Source: a virus. From it: DNA of 64,000 nucleotides. Position numbers and translations under genes: made by a program. Below, piece after piece: positions 8,693 through 17,488 of this stretch. A model generated the notes under the pieces. The model was not told the origin of the DNA and did not search any database. It saw only the letters and a program-made list of their open reading frames with translations. Position 1 is the stretch's first letter. Every line of letters starts with the position of its first letter. The DNA is taken from IMG/VR virus record IMGVR_UViG_3300019888_000002, positions 67,158-131,157 of that record; one strand, 5' to 3'.

Positions 8693-9486
8693 GCGGGGCT
8701 CCCATACCGGGCATTGAGCAGCTCGGCCCCATATTCGTTCCAGGTGAGCGAGGACCCCGGGAAATGATGACCCGGGTCCATGTAGGCACCGTGCTCCGTC
8801 GGTGGCGTCTTGGTGTAGTTGTAGATGTCGACCACCGCTTGGCTGTACCGCAGCCAGAACGCCGGATTCCAGAACTGATAGAGAGCCTGCTTGTTGCGTT
8901 GCACCCTGATCTGCGCGCCGAGATTGCCGATCTCCCCGCCCTCGATCAACGAGAACGGCGAAATAGCGTCGGAAATACGTCGAACAGGGCTCAACGGGTC
9001 GGCATCGGTGATCATGTCGGCGGGGTTGGCCAGCTCGTAGACCGGAATATCAGCCGGACCGAGCACCCGCTCACCGTGTAACCCGAAATTGGTCTTGTTG
9101 CAGACATCACCGATGCTTTCTCCGGCGCGGCGACCGGGATTGGCGATGTTGAAAGCGAAACGGACATCCATGTCACCCCGAACCTGCGGACTGACCAGCT
9201 CGGTGAGTATCTGATCGACCACCAACGCACCCAACGAGTACCCCAGGAAGGCGATCGGCGTCCCGGCGTACTTCTGGGCCAGCGCCAGACCGTTGCTGGC
9301 ACCGATTCGCACGGCCGTGTTGAGCGAAACACCCGAAGGCTGGATTCCCCGACCGACTGGGCCGAGCGTTGCCGGGAAATCCACGTCCTCGACCGCGAAA
9401 CTCGAGTTCAGACGGTCGGTGAAGTCCTTGAGCATCCCCTCGCCCAATACCTCGCCGGTACCTCTGAAGGCAAGAACCATAATCAT
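8689..9486 (-). CDS. lysB: Lysin B (cutinase-like mycolyl-arabinogalactan esterase)
   Basis: RGTGE, alpha/beta hydrolase GYSLGA nucleophile elbow, ANPGR, D.I, H..Y. Confidence 0.8.
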   Translation of the reverse strand: MIMVLAFRGTGEVLGEGMLKDFTDRLNSSFAVEDVDFPATLGPVGRGIQPSGVSLNTAVRIGASNGLALAQKYAGTPIAFLGYSLGALVVDQILTELVSPQVRGDMDVRFAFNIANPGRRAGESIGDVCNKTNFGLHGERVLGPADIPVYELANPADMITDADPLSPVRRISDAISPFSLIEGGEIGNLGAQIRVQRNKQALYQFWNPAFWLRYSQAVVDIYNYTKTPPTEHGAYMDPGHHFPGSSLTWNEYGAELLNARYGSPA

Positions 9487-9517
9487 CCGATCAACTCCCT
9501 GAGAGTGTGGCGGCGAC

Positions 9518-9766
9518 TCATGGTATGTCTCTCTTTCGAGTTATTTCCTCGGTTTCGGTGATGGCACCGAGATGGTCGAGCACGATGAGCACATACGGAG
9601 GCTCATTGCGGGTCAATGCCTGTATTCGGCAATGTTGCTGGTCCGAGCACCCCTCACTGCTTCCGGCGACGATCTCACCGTGTGGGGTGGTGCGCTTCCA
9701 GCGCCAATTCTGTGCGGTGTCTCGGTGGACGAGCACCTCGGGAAGCTGTACCGGTGTCTCACCCAT
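9518..9766 (-). CDS. YegP/DUF1508-like protein
   Basis: WRWKR...GEIVAGSSEG pattern. Confidence 0.6.
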   Translation of the reverse strand: MGETPVQLPEVLVHRDTAQNWRWKRTTPHGEIVAGSSEGCSDQQHCRIQALTRNEPPYVLIVLDHLGAITETEEITRKRDIP

Positions 9767-10349
9767 GTTGCGGCCCCGTCCAGGGAAGTTTCAGCCCATC
9801 GTTCTCGGTCCGTGGGACTACGTGAATGTGAGTGTGATTCACGCTTTGACTGGCAGGCTCACCGATGCTGGTGATGATGTTGGCCGAATACCCCTGGTCC
9901 TGCACGTAGGAGGCAGCCACCCGAAACGCCTTCCCCGCCCAGCCCGGCCGGACGGCTGCCGAGGTGCTGTGCACCATCGGCACGAACAACATGTGCCCCG
10001 GTGTCACCGGATCGAGCGGGGTGAACCACACGACTCCGAGTTCCCGGTTGTACCCCTCGACCTTCTGTCTCCGCACGAGATCGCAGAACACACAGACCTC
10101 GGCCTCCGGGTCGTCCGGCACGGCCATGAACTCCCCGCACAGCGGAGCCCACTCGGCACCACCGGGGGTCCCGCACCAGGTCGAATAGAACGGTTCGTCG
10201 TTATCGTCCAACGACCCCCGGGGATGAGTCCAGAACCCTGTCGCCCCGACGATCTTGGGCTGTTCGGCCCACTCGACAGGCTCGAGACAGTTCTTACATA
10301 AATGGTCGGTCATCCTCTTCTTTCCGATAGGGGTTGTCGAGACGGGCAC
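9759..10349 (-). CDS. HIT-family nucleotide hydrolase with N-terminal extension
   Basis: CVFC, P.DPVTPGHMLFVP..H, ASQSVNHTHIHVVPR histidine triad; start may be later. Confidence 0.9.
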   Translation of the reverse strand: MPVSTTPIGKKRMTDHLCKNCLEPVEWAEQPKIVGATGFWTHPRGSLDDNDEPFYSTWCGTPGGAEWAPLCGEFMAVPDDPEAEVCVFCDLVRRQKVEGYNRELGVVWFTPLDPVTPGHMLFVPMVHSTSAAVRPGWAGKAFRVAASYVQDQGYSANIITSIGEPASQSVNHTHIHVVPRTENDGLKLPWTGPQHG

Positions 10350-10668
10350 GAGCGAAATGCACGTTGTCCCGGTGGCTCTTCATGCCGTGGAAGAAACCTT
10401 CGAGCCACGCTGCCTCCCGAATCGGACGCAACCGCTCGTCCTCCTTGTCCTTCGCCTCGGCAATACGTGCCGCAGCGTCGTACCACCCGAGATGCGGGTT
10501 GTAGCTGAGACCCTTGGCCTCCTGTGCCGCATAGTCCTCCAGGAACAACCGAGCGATCTGCTCGTACTTCTGATTCTCTGGGTGAACCCGGATGATGTGC
10601 TCGGCGATTCCCTTCTCGGTGTGAGCCAGGGCTTCGCATCCCTTGACCGGACACGTCGCGTCACTCAT
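10294..10668 (-). CDS. C2H2 zinc-finger protein
   Basis: CPVKGC...EHIIRVH. Confidence 0.6.
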   Translation of the reverse strand: MSDATCPVKGCEALAHTEKGIAEHIIRVHPENQKYEQIARLFLEDYAAQEAKGLSYNPHLGWYDAAARIAEAKDKEDERLRPIREAAWLEGFFHGMKSHRDNVHFARARLDNPYRKEEDDRPFM

Positions 10669-10931
10669 GTCCTTCGCCTCCATTCGTTGTCGCGATAGTC
10701 GTCCCAGTCGTTCGCCGTGCGGTATTCCCCGGTGAGGCACTCGGTACAGCCACAGTCGGGCGGATCGACCTGACGGACGTCGATATCGTCAATGTCGAGC
10801 CCCAGCTTGCACAGAACTCCGAGAATGATCTCCGTCTCGTGACGGCCCGGATACTTCAAGCGCGGAATCAGTCGAAGTATCTCGTCCACGAGCGCGTCGT
10901 GACCTCTGCCGTCGAACGGGTCACTCATCAT
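10665..10931 (-). CDS. Hypothetical protein
   Basis: CGCTEC motif; overlaps at both ends. Confidence 0.55.
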   Translation of the reverse strand: MMSDPFDGRGHDALVDEILRLIPRLKYPGRHETEIILGVLCKLGLDIDDIDVRQVDPPDCGCTECLTGEYRTANDWDDYRDNEWRRRT

Positions 10932-11217
10932 GGCTCCGGTCGAGGTAATCCAGCGCGTCACTCGCGACGTTGTGCCAGCTCGTAAGACTGATATCGGAAC
11001 CGCCGCTCCCCCACTTACCGAAGAGATGAAACGCCAGACCTTGGACGGCAACGACCCGAACTTCGCCAGTCCCGTATTTGGTGTGTGCTGCGCAGTATCC
11101 AGTGCTGGTTCGTTTGTCGTGGTGATGGCAATCGCCCATGCCATCGTGTTCATGTAGTGGGTGTGTGCAGATATCACATGAGATTGTGTTCACGATGTCC
11201 TCCATCGCGTCACTCAT
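10921..11217 (-). CDS. Cys/His-rich hypothetical protein
   Basis: CDICTHPLHEH...C..C. Confidence 0.55.
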   Translation of the reverse strand: MSDAMEDIVNTISCDICTHPLHEHDGMGDCHHHDKRTSTGYCAAHTKYGTGEVRVVAVQGLAFHLFGKWGSGGSDISLTSWHNVASDALDYLDRSHDE

Positions 11218-11492
11218 TGCACCACCGCTGCCCAGAAGTACCCGAGCCAGAAGACGGCCATGGGACCCAGCTCTTTCGGGATAGCGCTGTCACCGAACAT
11301 CACCACGGTGTGGTCACCCTGGAGCGTCAGATCGGACACGAGCTTGGCCACCGTCTCGTAGCTGTACTTGTCGATGCCGTTCTTCACATAGCTCAGGGTG
11401 ACCACTTCCTCCTCGCCGAGGAAGTTGTCGACCAGAACGACCTGGTTCGGCTCCACGAACTGCATGACGTACCGATCGTTCAGCCTGGCCAT
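11214..11492 (-). CDS. Hypothetical protein
   Basis: GGAGGAACCCCTG upstream of ATG. Confidence 0.6.
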   Translation of the reverse strand: MARLNDRYVMQFVEPNQVVLVDNFLGEEEVVTLSYVKNGIDKYSYETVAKLVSDLTLQGDHTVVMFGDSAIPKELGPMAVFWLGYFWAAVVQ

Positions 11493-12157
11493 CAGGGGTT
11501 CCTCCAATAGGTGAGGTGCTTCCGGTATCTCTTGTCTTCCTCGATCAGCCGCTTGGTCGTCTTGTCACTCCAACAGCCCTGCCACTCGGCATAGCGGCCG
11601 TAGCTGCGGCGCAGTGCCTTCATGCCGTCCCAGTTGTCGGTGCACACATCGAGCCACACATCGTGCCAGACGACGGCCCAGCGGTCGTCCTTGCCGAAGA
11701 GCGCCTTCCGGTCGTACGCATCCCCGTGATGGATAGTGAGGGTTTTGCCGTGCTCGGCCGCAAGCTTCTCGTAGTGCGGGCCGACCAGATCGATCACGTT
11801 CCGGTCGATCTCCACCACGTCGATGTGCTGCGGGTCCGGCAACAGGATCATGGCCTGCACGACCATGCCGATCCCCAGCCCGGTGATGAGCACCCGCCGG
11901 TTGTCGGTCAACGAGCGCGCCCGCTCGACCGGACCGTAATGGTCGGCCATCTCGGCGTGAGTGTCGCTCATCCACAACTCGCCATTACGGTCGAGCCGGG
12001 TATAGGTCCCCGGTGGGGTGTAGAAACGCATTCCCCCCTTCATCATCGCAAAGGACACGTCCTCTTTGCTGATGTCGAAGCGACTGATCGAGACGGCGTT
12101 CCTTGTGCCGACGGGCACCGAGACTGTCATCAGATCCCGGTAGTTCTGATACGTCAT
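11492..12157 (-). CDS. Class I SAM-dependent methyltransferase (spermidine-synthase-like fold)
   Basis: WMSDT, VLITGLGIGM, IDVVEID, GDAY, WHDVW. Confidence 0.8.
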   Translation of the reverse strand: MTYQNYRDLMTVSVPVGTRNAVSISRFDISKEDVSFAMMKGGMRFYTPPGTYTRLDRNGELWMSDTHAEMADHYGPVERARSLTDNRRVLITGLGIGMVVQAMILLPDPQHIDVVEIDRNVIDLVGPHYEKLAAEHGKTLTIHHGDAYDRKALFGKDDRWAVVWHDVWLDVCTDNWDGMKALRRSYGRYAEWQGCWSDKTTKRLIEEDKRYRKHLTYWRNP

Positions 12158-12627
12158 GCCGTGACCCTCCGAAGGCCCTGGTTCCAGCGCAACTCCTCGA
12201 GCGCGTCGAGCAGCTTGGCATAGGCCCCGGGCTCGACCGAGACGGTAGCCCCCTGCACCCCGATGTATTCGGCTTCCCATCCGCCCATGGACCCGTCGGC
12301 CATGGTCTTCCAGACGAACGCCCGGCCGACCGGCTCCGAGTAGAACGTGATCCCCTCGAAGAAAACGGCGTGGGAACTGACGATCCGATAGTCCTTGACC
12401 TCACCGGCCTGCTCAGCGTCGAGAATTTGGTCGATCATCTCCTGGGCTGCCGCGAGATCGGCGACATAGAGCTTGACGAACTCCTTCCCACCGTCCTCGG
12501 AGAGATACTGGAGAACGAAGCTGTGCAGGGTGTCATGCGTCCCCTTGCGCCCATAACTGGCGAAGAAACGATCGTCTCGAGTGTGATAGACGCCAGGTAA
12601 GCGTTCACTTTCTCGCAGTTCTGTCAT
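12154..12627 (-). CDS. Hypothetical protein
   Basis: AAAGGAACCCCCTC before ATG; first gene after a promoter. Confidence 0.7.
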   Translation of the reverse strand: MTELRESERLPGVYHTRDDRFFASYGRKGTHDTLHSFVLQYLSEDGGKEFVKLYVADLAAAQEMIDQILDAEQAGEVKDYRIVSSHAVFFEGITFYSEPVGRAFVWKTMADGSMGGWEAEYIGVQGATVSVEPGAYAKLLDALEELRWNQGLRRVTA

Positions 12628-12658
12628 GAGGGGGTTCCTTTGTATCGGCGAAGACTAC

Positions 12659-12696
12659 TTGTCCCCCTACTGTACCATGAATGAACCAGTTGTCTA
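12659..12696 (-). promoter_or_regulatory. SigA-like promoter with three heptads
   Basis: TAGACA-N16-TACAGT with TGG; ttgtccc(12659), ctgtacc(12670), atgaacc(12681). Confidence 0.65.
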
Positions 12697-12702
12697 GCCC
12701 AA

Positions 12703-12894
12703 TCAGGTGGCCTCGAGATGCCGGGAGAACCTGTCCTTCTCCTGCGAGGCGTACAGGCACTCGGACACGATGTGGATGCCACAGACATCGGTGACGAAGG
12801 TCAGCCCCTCGTAGTGGTACTTGGCCTGCCGAGTGCACTGCTTCTCGGTGGTGGTTGCTGCCCGACACCTGCGTTCCACCGAGATCAGAGCCAC
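12703..12894 (-). CDS. Small Cys-rich hypothetical protein
   Basis: C.A.T....QC......CGIH; start uncertain. Confidence 0.45.
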   Translation of the reverse strand: MALISVERRCRAATTTEKQCTRQAKYHYEGLTFVTDVCGIHIVSECLYASQEKDRFSRHLEAT

Positions 12895-12925
12895 CCAGGG
12901 CAAACCCAGGTATTCCGCTTCCTTC

Positions 12926-13294
12926 TCACTGGCCACCCGGGGACTCCTCACCCTGCGACGACATGCCGAGAGCCGTATAGAGTTCGGCGGCGAACGCACG
13001 AGACACCGGATGCGGGGTACCGGTCTCCGAATTGAGCGCGTCGTGCCAATCGTTGGCCAACTTCAGGGCCTTGGTGTACGCGACGACGAGCTTGTTCAGC
13101 TCCGGCAGCCGGGCGAGCACTATCTTCTTCGGGTCGAAACTCACCGTTTCGTAGGGCTCACCCAGGCTCCGATGCCCGGACACGATGATCATGTCCGGGT
13201 CGACCGGGTGTCCGGCCTCCTCGTGCAACGCCATCAGCTCGGCCGTGGGAACCACGGTGTACGGGGCCGGGGGCCTCTGCCGGGGTTCAGCCAC
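12926..13294 (-). CDS. Hypothetical protein
   Basis: GTG start with GAGGAGG RBS. Confidence 0.55.
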   Translation of the reverse strand: MAEPRQRPPAPYTVVPTAELMALHEEAGHPVDPDMIIVSGHRSLGEPYETVSFDPKKIVLARLPELNKLVVAYTKALKLANDWHDALNSETGTPHPVSRAFAAELYTALGMSSQGEESPGGQ

Positions 13295-13505
13295 CGGATA
13301 CCTCCTCGTTCTGGGGCCAGGTATCGGACGAGACCGTCGGCTGCCCCACGATCCTGGGATAGAGCACCGGAACCGCATTGGCGACCATGTCCGTCATGGC
13401 CCACCGCACCCGATCGGTAGCGTGCGCCCCGGCGTTCTCGGCGGCCTCCAAGTTCGGAGCCTCGAGCACCAGATCGACCCGGATCTCCACCTCGAACCGT
13501 GCCAT
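13287..13505 (-). CDS. Hypothetical protein
   Basis: TGATG overlap. Confidence 0.55.
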   Translation of the reverse strand: MARFEVEIRVDLVLEAPNLEAAENAGAHATDRVRWAMTDMVANAVPVLYPRIVGQPTVSSDTWPQNEEVSGG

Positions 13506-13891
13506 CAGAGGTCGGTCGTCACCAACGACGACCCGGCGAAGTACCGGAAACACGCCTGCTGCTCGTGCATCGCGTGCATGGTATAGGGCAACAGGGTCTC
13601 GTAGCCGTACCGTTCCAACACGGCCTTCGGATACCCGGTGCTCACCTCACTCGTGTTCTTGTTGACGACCAGCGACGTCAGCAACGGCTCACCGTGAGCC
13701 TTGTTCAACCGGACGACCTCCATCAGCCTGTCCGCGATCGTGTACCGCCAGTTCGGTCGTTGCAACTCCCCCATCCGGACACTGACCGCCGCGTCCAGTG
13801 CGCTGTAACTGATCAGCTCCCGGCGCGCGGCCTGCTCGATCAGAATGATCCGGGCGTACTCGGCCCAGAGCAGGAAACTGCGGACACTCAT
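13505..13891 (-). CDS. Probable winged-helix-like protein
   Basis: ISYSAL...W...I..L..V......EPLLTSLVV....GY pattern. Confidence 0.5.
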   Translation of the reverse strand: MSVRSFLLWAEYARIILIEQAARRELISYSALDAAVSVRMGELQRPNWRYTIADRLMEVVRLNKAHGEPLLTSLVVNKNTSEVSTGYPKAVLERYGYETLLPYTMHAMHEQQACFRYFAGSSLVTTDL

Positions 13892-14187
13892 TTCTCGTCC
13901 TGTTCGGTCTCGGCGTCGAGAGAGTGGATGTCAACAGTCGCGGTCCCGAGAGCGGCAGACAACTCGTCGGCGAACCTCCGATGCACCGCAGAGGGGTCCT
14001 TGGTTCTCGTGTCCAGCGTGGTGCGCCACATCTCGGCGAGCACGGTGGCCCTTTCCACGGCACCCCGCAGGTCGGCCAGCTCCTCGTTCTTGACGACGGT
14101 GTACTTGGCCACGTCCAGAATGTCGAACGGGGCCAGGATCGGGTCGACAGCCGTGTCGGCGGTGTCCGCCACGGCCTGTTCGCTCAT
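13888..14187 (-). CDS. Hypothetical protein
   Basis: ORF track; overlaps with neighbours. Confidence 0.6.
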   Translation of the reverse strand: MSEQAVADTADTAVDPILAPFDILDVAKYTVVKNEELADLRGAVERATVLAEMWRTTLDTRTKDPSAVHRRFADELSAALGTATVDIHSLDAETEQDEK

Positions 14188-14621
14188 TTCTCGATCCCCT
14201 TGGTCGCGGCAGCCTTGAGCTGACCTGCGCCCGCCATGTCGATGATCGTGTCGATTCGGCTGCGGACACCTATCGCGTCGGCCAGCTCCTTCTCCTTGCG
14301 ATCGATCTCCTTCTGCGACGTCTCGCGCAGGGTGTTCATGTGCGAAGTGATCTCGTCGGGAGTGGCGTGATAGAGAGCCACCTCGGAGTCTCCGGCAAAG
14401 ACCTGAAGCTGCACCCTGACCGAAGAGTAGTTCTCCTCGAATTCGATGGCCGTGATTGCGGCCTCCTCGCCGTTGTGCATGATGCCGGTGACCACACCCA
14501 GATAGAGCTTGTAATCGGTCTCGTAGTTGTTCTTGTGCAGTCGCTTGTAGACATCACCCTCGGCGAGATTGGTGATAGTGACGATGTTGGCGGTGGCCTG
14601 AACGAGAGTCTTGGTCTGCAT
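14184..14621 (-). CDS. Hypothetical protein (C-terminal coiled coil)
   Basis: GAAGGAACCCCCACC before ATG 14621. Confidence 0.7.
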   Translation of the reverse strand: MQTKTLVQATANIVTITNLAEGDVYKRLHKNNYETDYKLYLGVVTGIMHNGEEAAITAIEFEENYSSVRVQLQVFAGDSEVALYHATPDEITSHMNTLRETSQKEIDRKEKELADAIGVRSRIDTIIDMAGAGQLKAAATKGIEK

Positions 14622-14651
14622 GGTGGGGGGTTCCTTCACGGTTGTGGGGGT

Positions 14652-14670
14652 TTGTACTCATAGCGTACCA
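14652..14670 (-). promoter_or_regulatory. Extended -10 promoter with tandem heptads
   Basis: TGGTACGCT; ttgtact(14652) and gcgtacc(14663). Confidence 0.55.
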
Positions 14671-14688
14671 GTAGATAACTTCAATTAC

Positions 14689-14937
14689 TCAGTCGACCCA
14701 GCCCCTTTTAATTCGCAGCTCGTCCAGACTCAGGCCCGGGAAGCTGGTCCATCCGGCATCCGGGGTCACCCTGCGGACCAGCTCGTACTCGTTCCACGGC
14801 TGTACCGATTTGATTTCACCGGCCCGGTCCAGCACCTCCCGGAAGGTGTGGAAACCTCCCAGGACCAGGCCCGGGATCGTGGTCTCGCTGGCATGAGCGA
14901 GCAGGATTCCGTACTCGTGGGCCGGTGTTCTCGACAT
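14689..14937 (-). CDS. Hypothetical protein
   Basis: AAAGGAACCTCCCCG before ATG. Confidence 0.6.
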   Translation of the reverse strand: MSRTPAHEYGILLAHASETTIPGLVLGGFHTFREVLDRAGEIKSVQPWNEYELVRRVTPDAGWTSFPGLSLDELRIKRGWVD

Positions 14938-14981
14938 CGGGGGAGGTTCCTTTCATGGGGTCGAACACGGCATCGGAATGG

Positions 14982-15179
14982 TCATGTCCTCGCATAGAGA
15001 CCGGATTCGGCCGGGATCACCGTGACGACATAATCGTGACGACGTGACGGATGGAGGTGGTCGTAGAGCAGACACCCCACGACCACTCCCACCAAGGCGG
15101 ACACGAGAAACAGGACACAGAGTTGGACGACGTACTTCGTCCTCATCCGGGGCATCAGATCATTCTCGATGCTCGTCAT
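14982..15179 (-). CDS. Small membrane protein
   Basis: One TM helix (VVQLCVLFLVSALVGVVVGCLLY). Confidence 0.5.
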   Translation of the reverse strand: MTSIENDLMPRMRTKYVVQLCVLFLVSALVGVVVGCLLYDHLHPSRRHDYVVTVIPAESGLYART

Positions 15180-15396
15180 TCCTGCCTTCCGGAAACTCGA
15201 CGGCGAAATGCACGTGCTCGTGGTTCGGGTCGATCCCGAGCTTCGCGCTGAGATGACGGGGCTCGAAGTAGGTGACGTCGGCCACGGTGGGATCGTATTC
15301 GTATCGCTCGCACAGCAACACCCACTTGAGCGCATTCGACTCCAACGGGATCAGCTCGTCCCGGCCGTCGAACCCGGACCCGGTGTCACCGCTCAT
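15160..15396 (-). CDS. Hypothetical protein
   Basis: ATGA overlap with the upstream gene. Confidence 0.5.
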   Translation of the reverse strand: MSGDTGSGFDGRDELIPLESNALKWVLLCERYEYDPTVADVTYFEPRHLSAKLGIDPNHEHVHFAVEFPEGRNDEHRE

Positions 15397-15842
15397 GCTC
15401 GTTCCTCGTATCGGCCGACGACGGCCCAACGGTTGGCCACGTCCAAGGCCCGGGCCTTGGACGTGAGCCGGTGACGTTCGAAGAGCACCGTGCCGCCGAC
15501 CCCGATCACCTCGAGCGACCACAGCATGTCGTTCTCGTGTTTGCGCACGATGTAGCGCTCGGGACGATACATCCTCGGGTCCAGCGCCTGATAGTGCCCG
15601 GATTCGACCCGATGGAACGAGAGCGCCAACGGCTTGGCCACCCGGGGCGGCCGCTGCACATGATGCAGCACCGAGAACGGGGCCAGGTCGATCAGTTGAG
15701 AGGTGGACCAGACGGTCGGGCTGTCGTCGGCGTAGTGCCAACCGTTGTCCCGTAACTGAGCGACATTGCCCTCACGATCGAGAACAGCTGAGCCGAGTCC
15801 GAGCAGATCGAGGTCCTCGACGCCTTCCGAAGAAATGGTCAT
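15393..15842 (-). CDS. Hypothetical protein
   Basis: TAAGGAACCCCCACC before ATG. Confidence 0.7.
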   Translation of the reverse strand: MTISSEGVEDLDLLGLGSAVLDREGNVAQLRDNGWHYADDSPTVWSTSQLIDLAPFSVLHHVQRPPRVAKPLALSFHRVESGHYQALDPRMYRPERYIVRKHENDMLWSLEVIGVGGTVLFERHRLTSKARALDVANRWAVVGRYEERA

Positions 15843-15863
15843 GGTGGGGGTTCCTTACGTTAG

Positions 15864-15901
15864 ATGTCCCTAGACTGTACCACAGGTACAGTTCACGTCA
15901 G
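15864..15901 (-). promoter_or_regulatory. SigA-like promoter with heptads and an 8-bp inverted repeat
   Basis: CTGACG-N16-TACAGT; atgtccc(15864)/ctgtacc(15875); palindrome actgtacc-aca-ggtacagt at 15874-15892. Confidence 0.65.
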
Positions 15902-16191
15902 AATGCCTTCTTGTCGTAGCCCTCAGGCTCGCCCTGTCCGTCCCACGCAAAGGCTGCGGCGGTGGCAGCAAGCAGTGCGGTGAACATCGTGCGCGGGGTG
16001 CCTTCATTGTTCGTGCCGTGCCCGAAGTAACAGAACCCGTGCTCGGTGAGCATGTGTGGCGAATCGTCAGTGGGACGATGGCTGGTGAGCACCACCCGGT
16101 AGTTGTAGAGCATCTTGAGCACGTCGACACAATGCGTCTCATCGACCCGCTTGACGCACCAACCACCCAGAATCGGAGTGAGTTCGTCCAT
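15898..16191 (-). CDS. Hypothetical protein
   Basis: TGATG overlap. Confidence 0.55.
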   Translation of the reverse strand: MDELTPILGGWCVKRVDETHCVDVLKMLYNYRVVLTSHRPTDDSPHMLTEHGFCYFGHGTNNEGTPRTMFTALLAATAAAFAWDGQGEPEGYDKKAF

Positions 16192-16547
16192 CAGTATCGC
16201 CGCGCGGTCTTGAGGCTGTCTTTCACGGTCATGTCGCGTACGTAATAGGTGTCGCCGAGCCACGAGCCCCGGCGAGCATCCACCCACTGATTGGCGGTCT
16301 GCTCTGTGGAGAACAACTCCACCACCCGCACCCCGTCGTCCCCGGAGTGCGAATCGGGGTCGTCACATCCGCCGTCATGTTGAGTCACGGCCCATACCTT
16401 CATCGGTCCCGCGCCGACACCCTCTCGTTCCTCGGCGTTCGCACCGGTATCCGGATCGACAAAGGCAATACTCGACCCGATGAACTGCACCTGTGTGCCC
16501 TCCGGGTAGCGAGACAGGATCTCGATCCATTCCGTAGTGCTCTTCAT
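16191..16547 (-). CDS. Hypothetical protein
   Basis: TGATG overlap. Confidence 0.5.
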   Translation of the reverse strand: MKSTTEWIEILSRYPEGTQVQFIGSSIAFVDPDTGANAEEREGVGAGPMKVWAVTQHDGGCDDPDSHSGDDGVRVVELFSTEQTANQWVDARRGSWLGDTYYVRDMTVKDSLKTARRY

Positions 16548-16798
16548 CAGTTCGCCTCCAGCTTCGCCTCGAAGAACTCGCGGTTCATCTCGATGAGGTC
16601 GAGGGTGAGCTGGCGGAAGCGCTCGGCGTCCATGTCCCGATCCTGCTGGTACATCACTCCGAGAATCTCGGTGTCGACGCACGCCTTCTGGTGGTCGAGG
16701 GTGAGCTTCCCCCACGCCATTCCCCAACGGTCCTCGGCGTAGCCGGAAGCAATGCCGTAGAGGCGCTCGACGTTGGTCTGTGGCTTCTTCTTGGTCAT
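16547..16798 (-). CDS. Hypothetical protein
   Basis: GAGGAGAG RBS; first gene after a promoter. Confidence 0.65.
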   Translation of the reverse strand: MTKKKPQTNVERLYGIASGYAEDRWGMAWGKLTLDHQKACVDTEILGVMYQQDRDMDAERFRQLTLDLIEMNREFFEAKLEAN

Positions 16799-16830
16799 CG
16801 GGACTCTCCTCGTGGGGGTTTCATCTGCTC

Positions 16831-16868
16831 CTGTACCTAGACTGTACCACAGGTATTGCCCCCGTCAA
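16831..16868 (-). promoter_or_regulatory. Strong SigA-like promoter with perfect tandem heptads
   Basis: TTGACG-N16-TACAGT with TGG; ctgtacc(16831)-taga-ctgtacc(16842). Confidence 0.75.
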
Positions 16869-16905
16869 ACCCCCACGGGTCACCGGAGCGACGTGTCCTC
16901 GGCCT

Positions 16906-17172
16906 TCACTCGTACAGCTCCCTCGTACCCCGCCGCTGATTCTCGATCAGACGCGCCTGCCGCTGCCAGTGCCGCTCCCGGAAACGCTTACGCACCCAAT
17001 ACGTCTCGGCCCCGGCCATGTTGTCCTCGGCCGCGATGGTCCACACCCGTTCGCAAACAGAACACACCCAGATATCGCCGGGCTCCCCGTTGGGAAAACC
17101 GTCCTCCCGGCCGGGCACATCGCACCGATGCTGCTCACCCAGCTCCTTGGCCCGATACACCCAGGTCACCAT
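16906..17172 (-). CDS. Hypothetical protein
   Basis: H.C..P......W.C..C...W zinc-binding pattern. Confidence 0.55.
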   Translation of the reverse strand: MVTWVYRAKELGEQHRCDVPGREDGFPNGEPGDIWVCSVCERVWTIAAEDNMAGAETYWVRKRFRERHWQRQARLIENQRRGTRELYE

Positions 17173-17230
17173 CGGCTCCGATCGAAGAAATGCAACAGAT
17201 CGTAGATCAACAGATCGAGCAGGCTCGAAT

Positions 17231-17488
17231 TCATCGGTACGGATTCTCGGGTTCGCTCCGGTCCCGGTCGAGCATGTCCTTGACGTCGGCGTCCTTGGTG
17301 TCGTACCCCTCGCGCCACGCCTCGGCGAGCACGGCCATCAGTGCCTCCCCGGAGATCAGGATGTTGTGTTTGTGCGACGGACCCGGGAACTCCTCGGGCT
17401 TCAGATGCGAGAACTGCTCCATCACCCGGTGCACATGTTCACAGGCCGGACAGAACGACATCCCGGTCTCGTTGGTGATTCGGCCCAT
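17231..17488 (-). CDS. Hypothetical protein
   Basis: TGATG overlap; CPAC. Confidence 0.5.
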   Translation of the reverse strand: MGRITNETGMSFCPACEHVHRVMEQFSHLKPEEFPGPSHKHNILISGEALMAVLAEAWREGYDTKDADVKDMLDRDRSEPENPYR

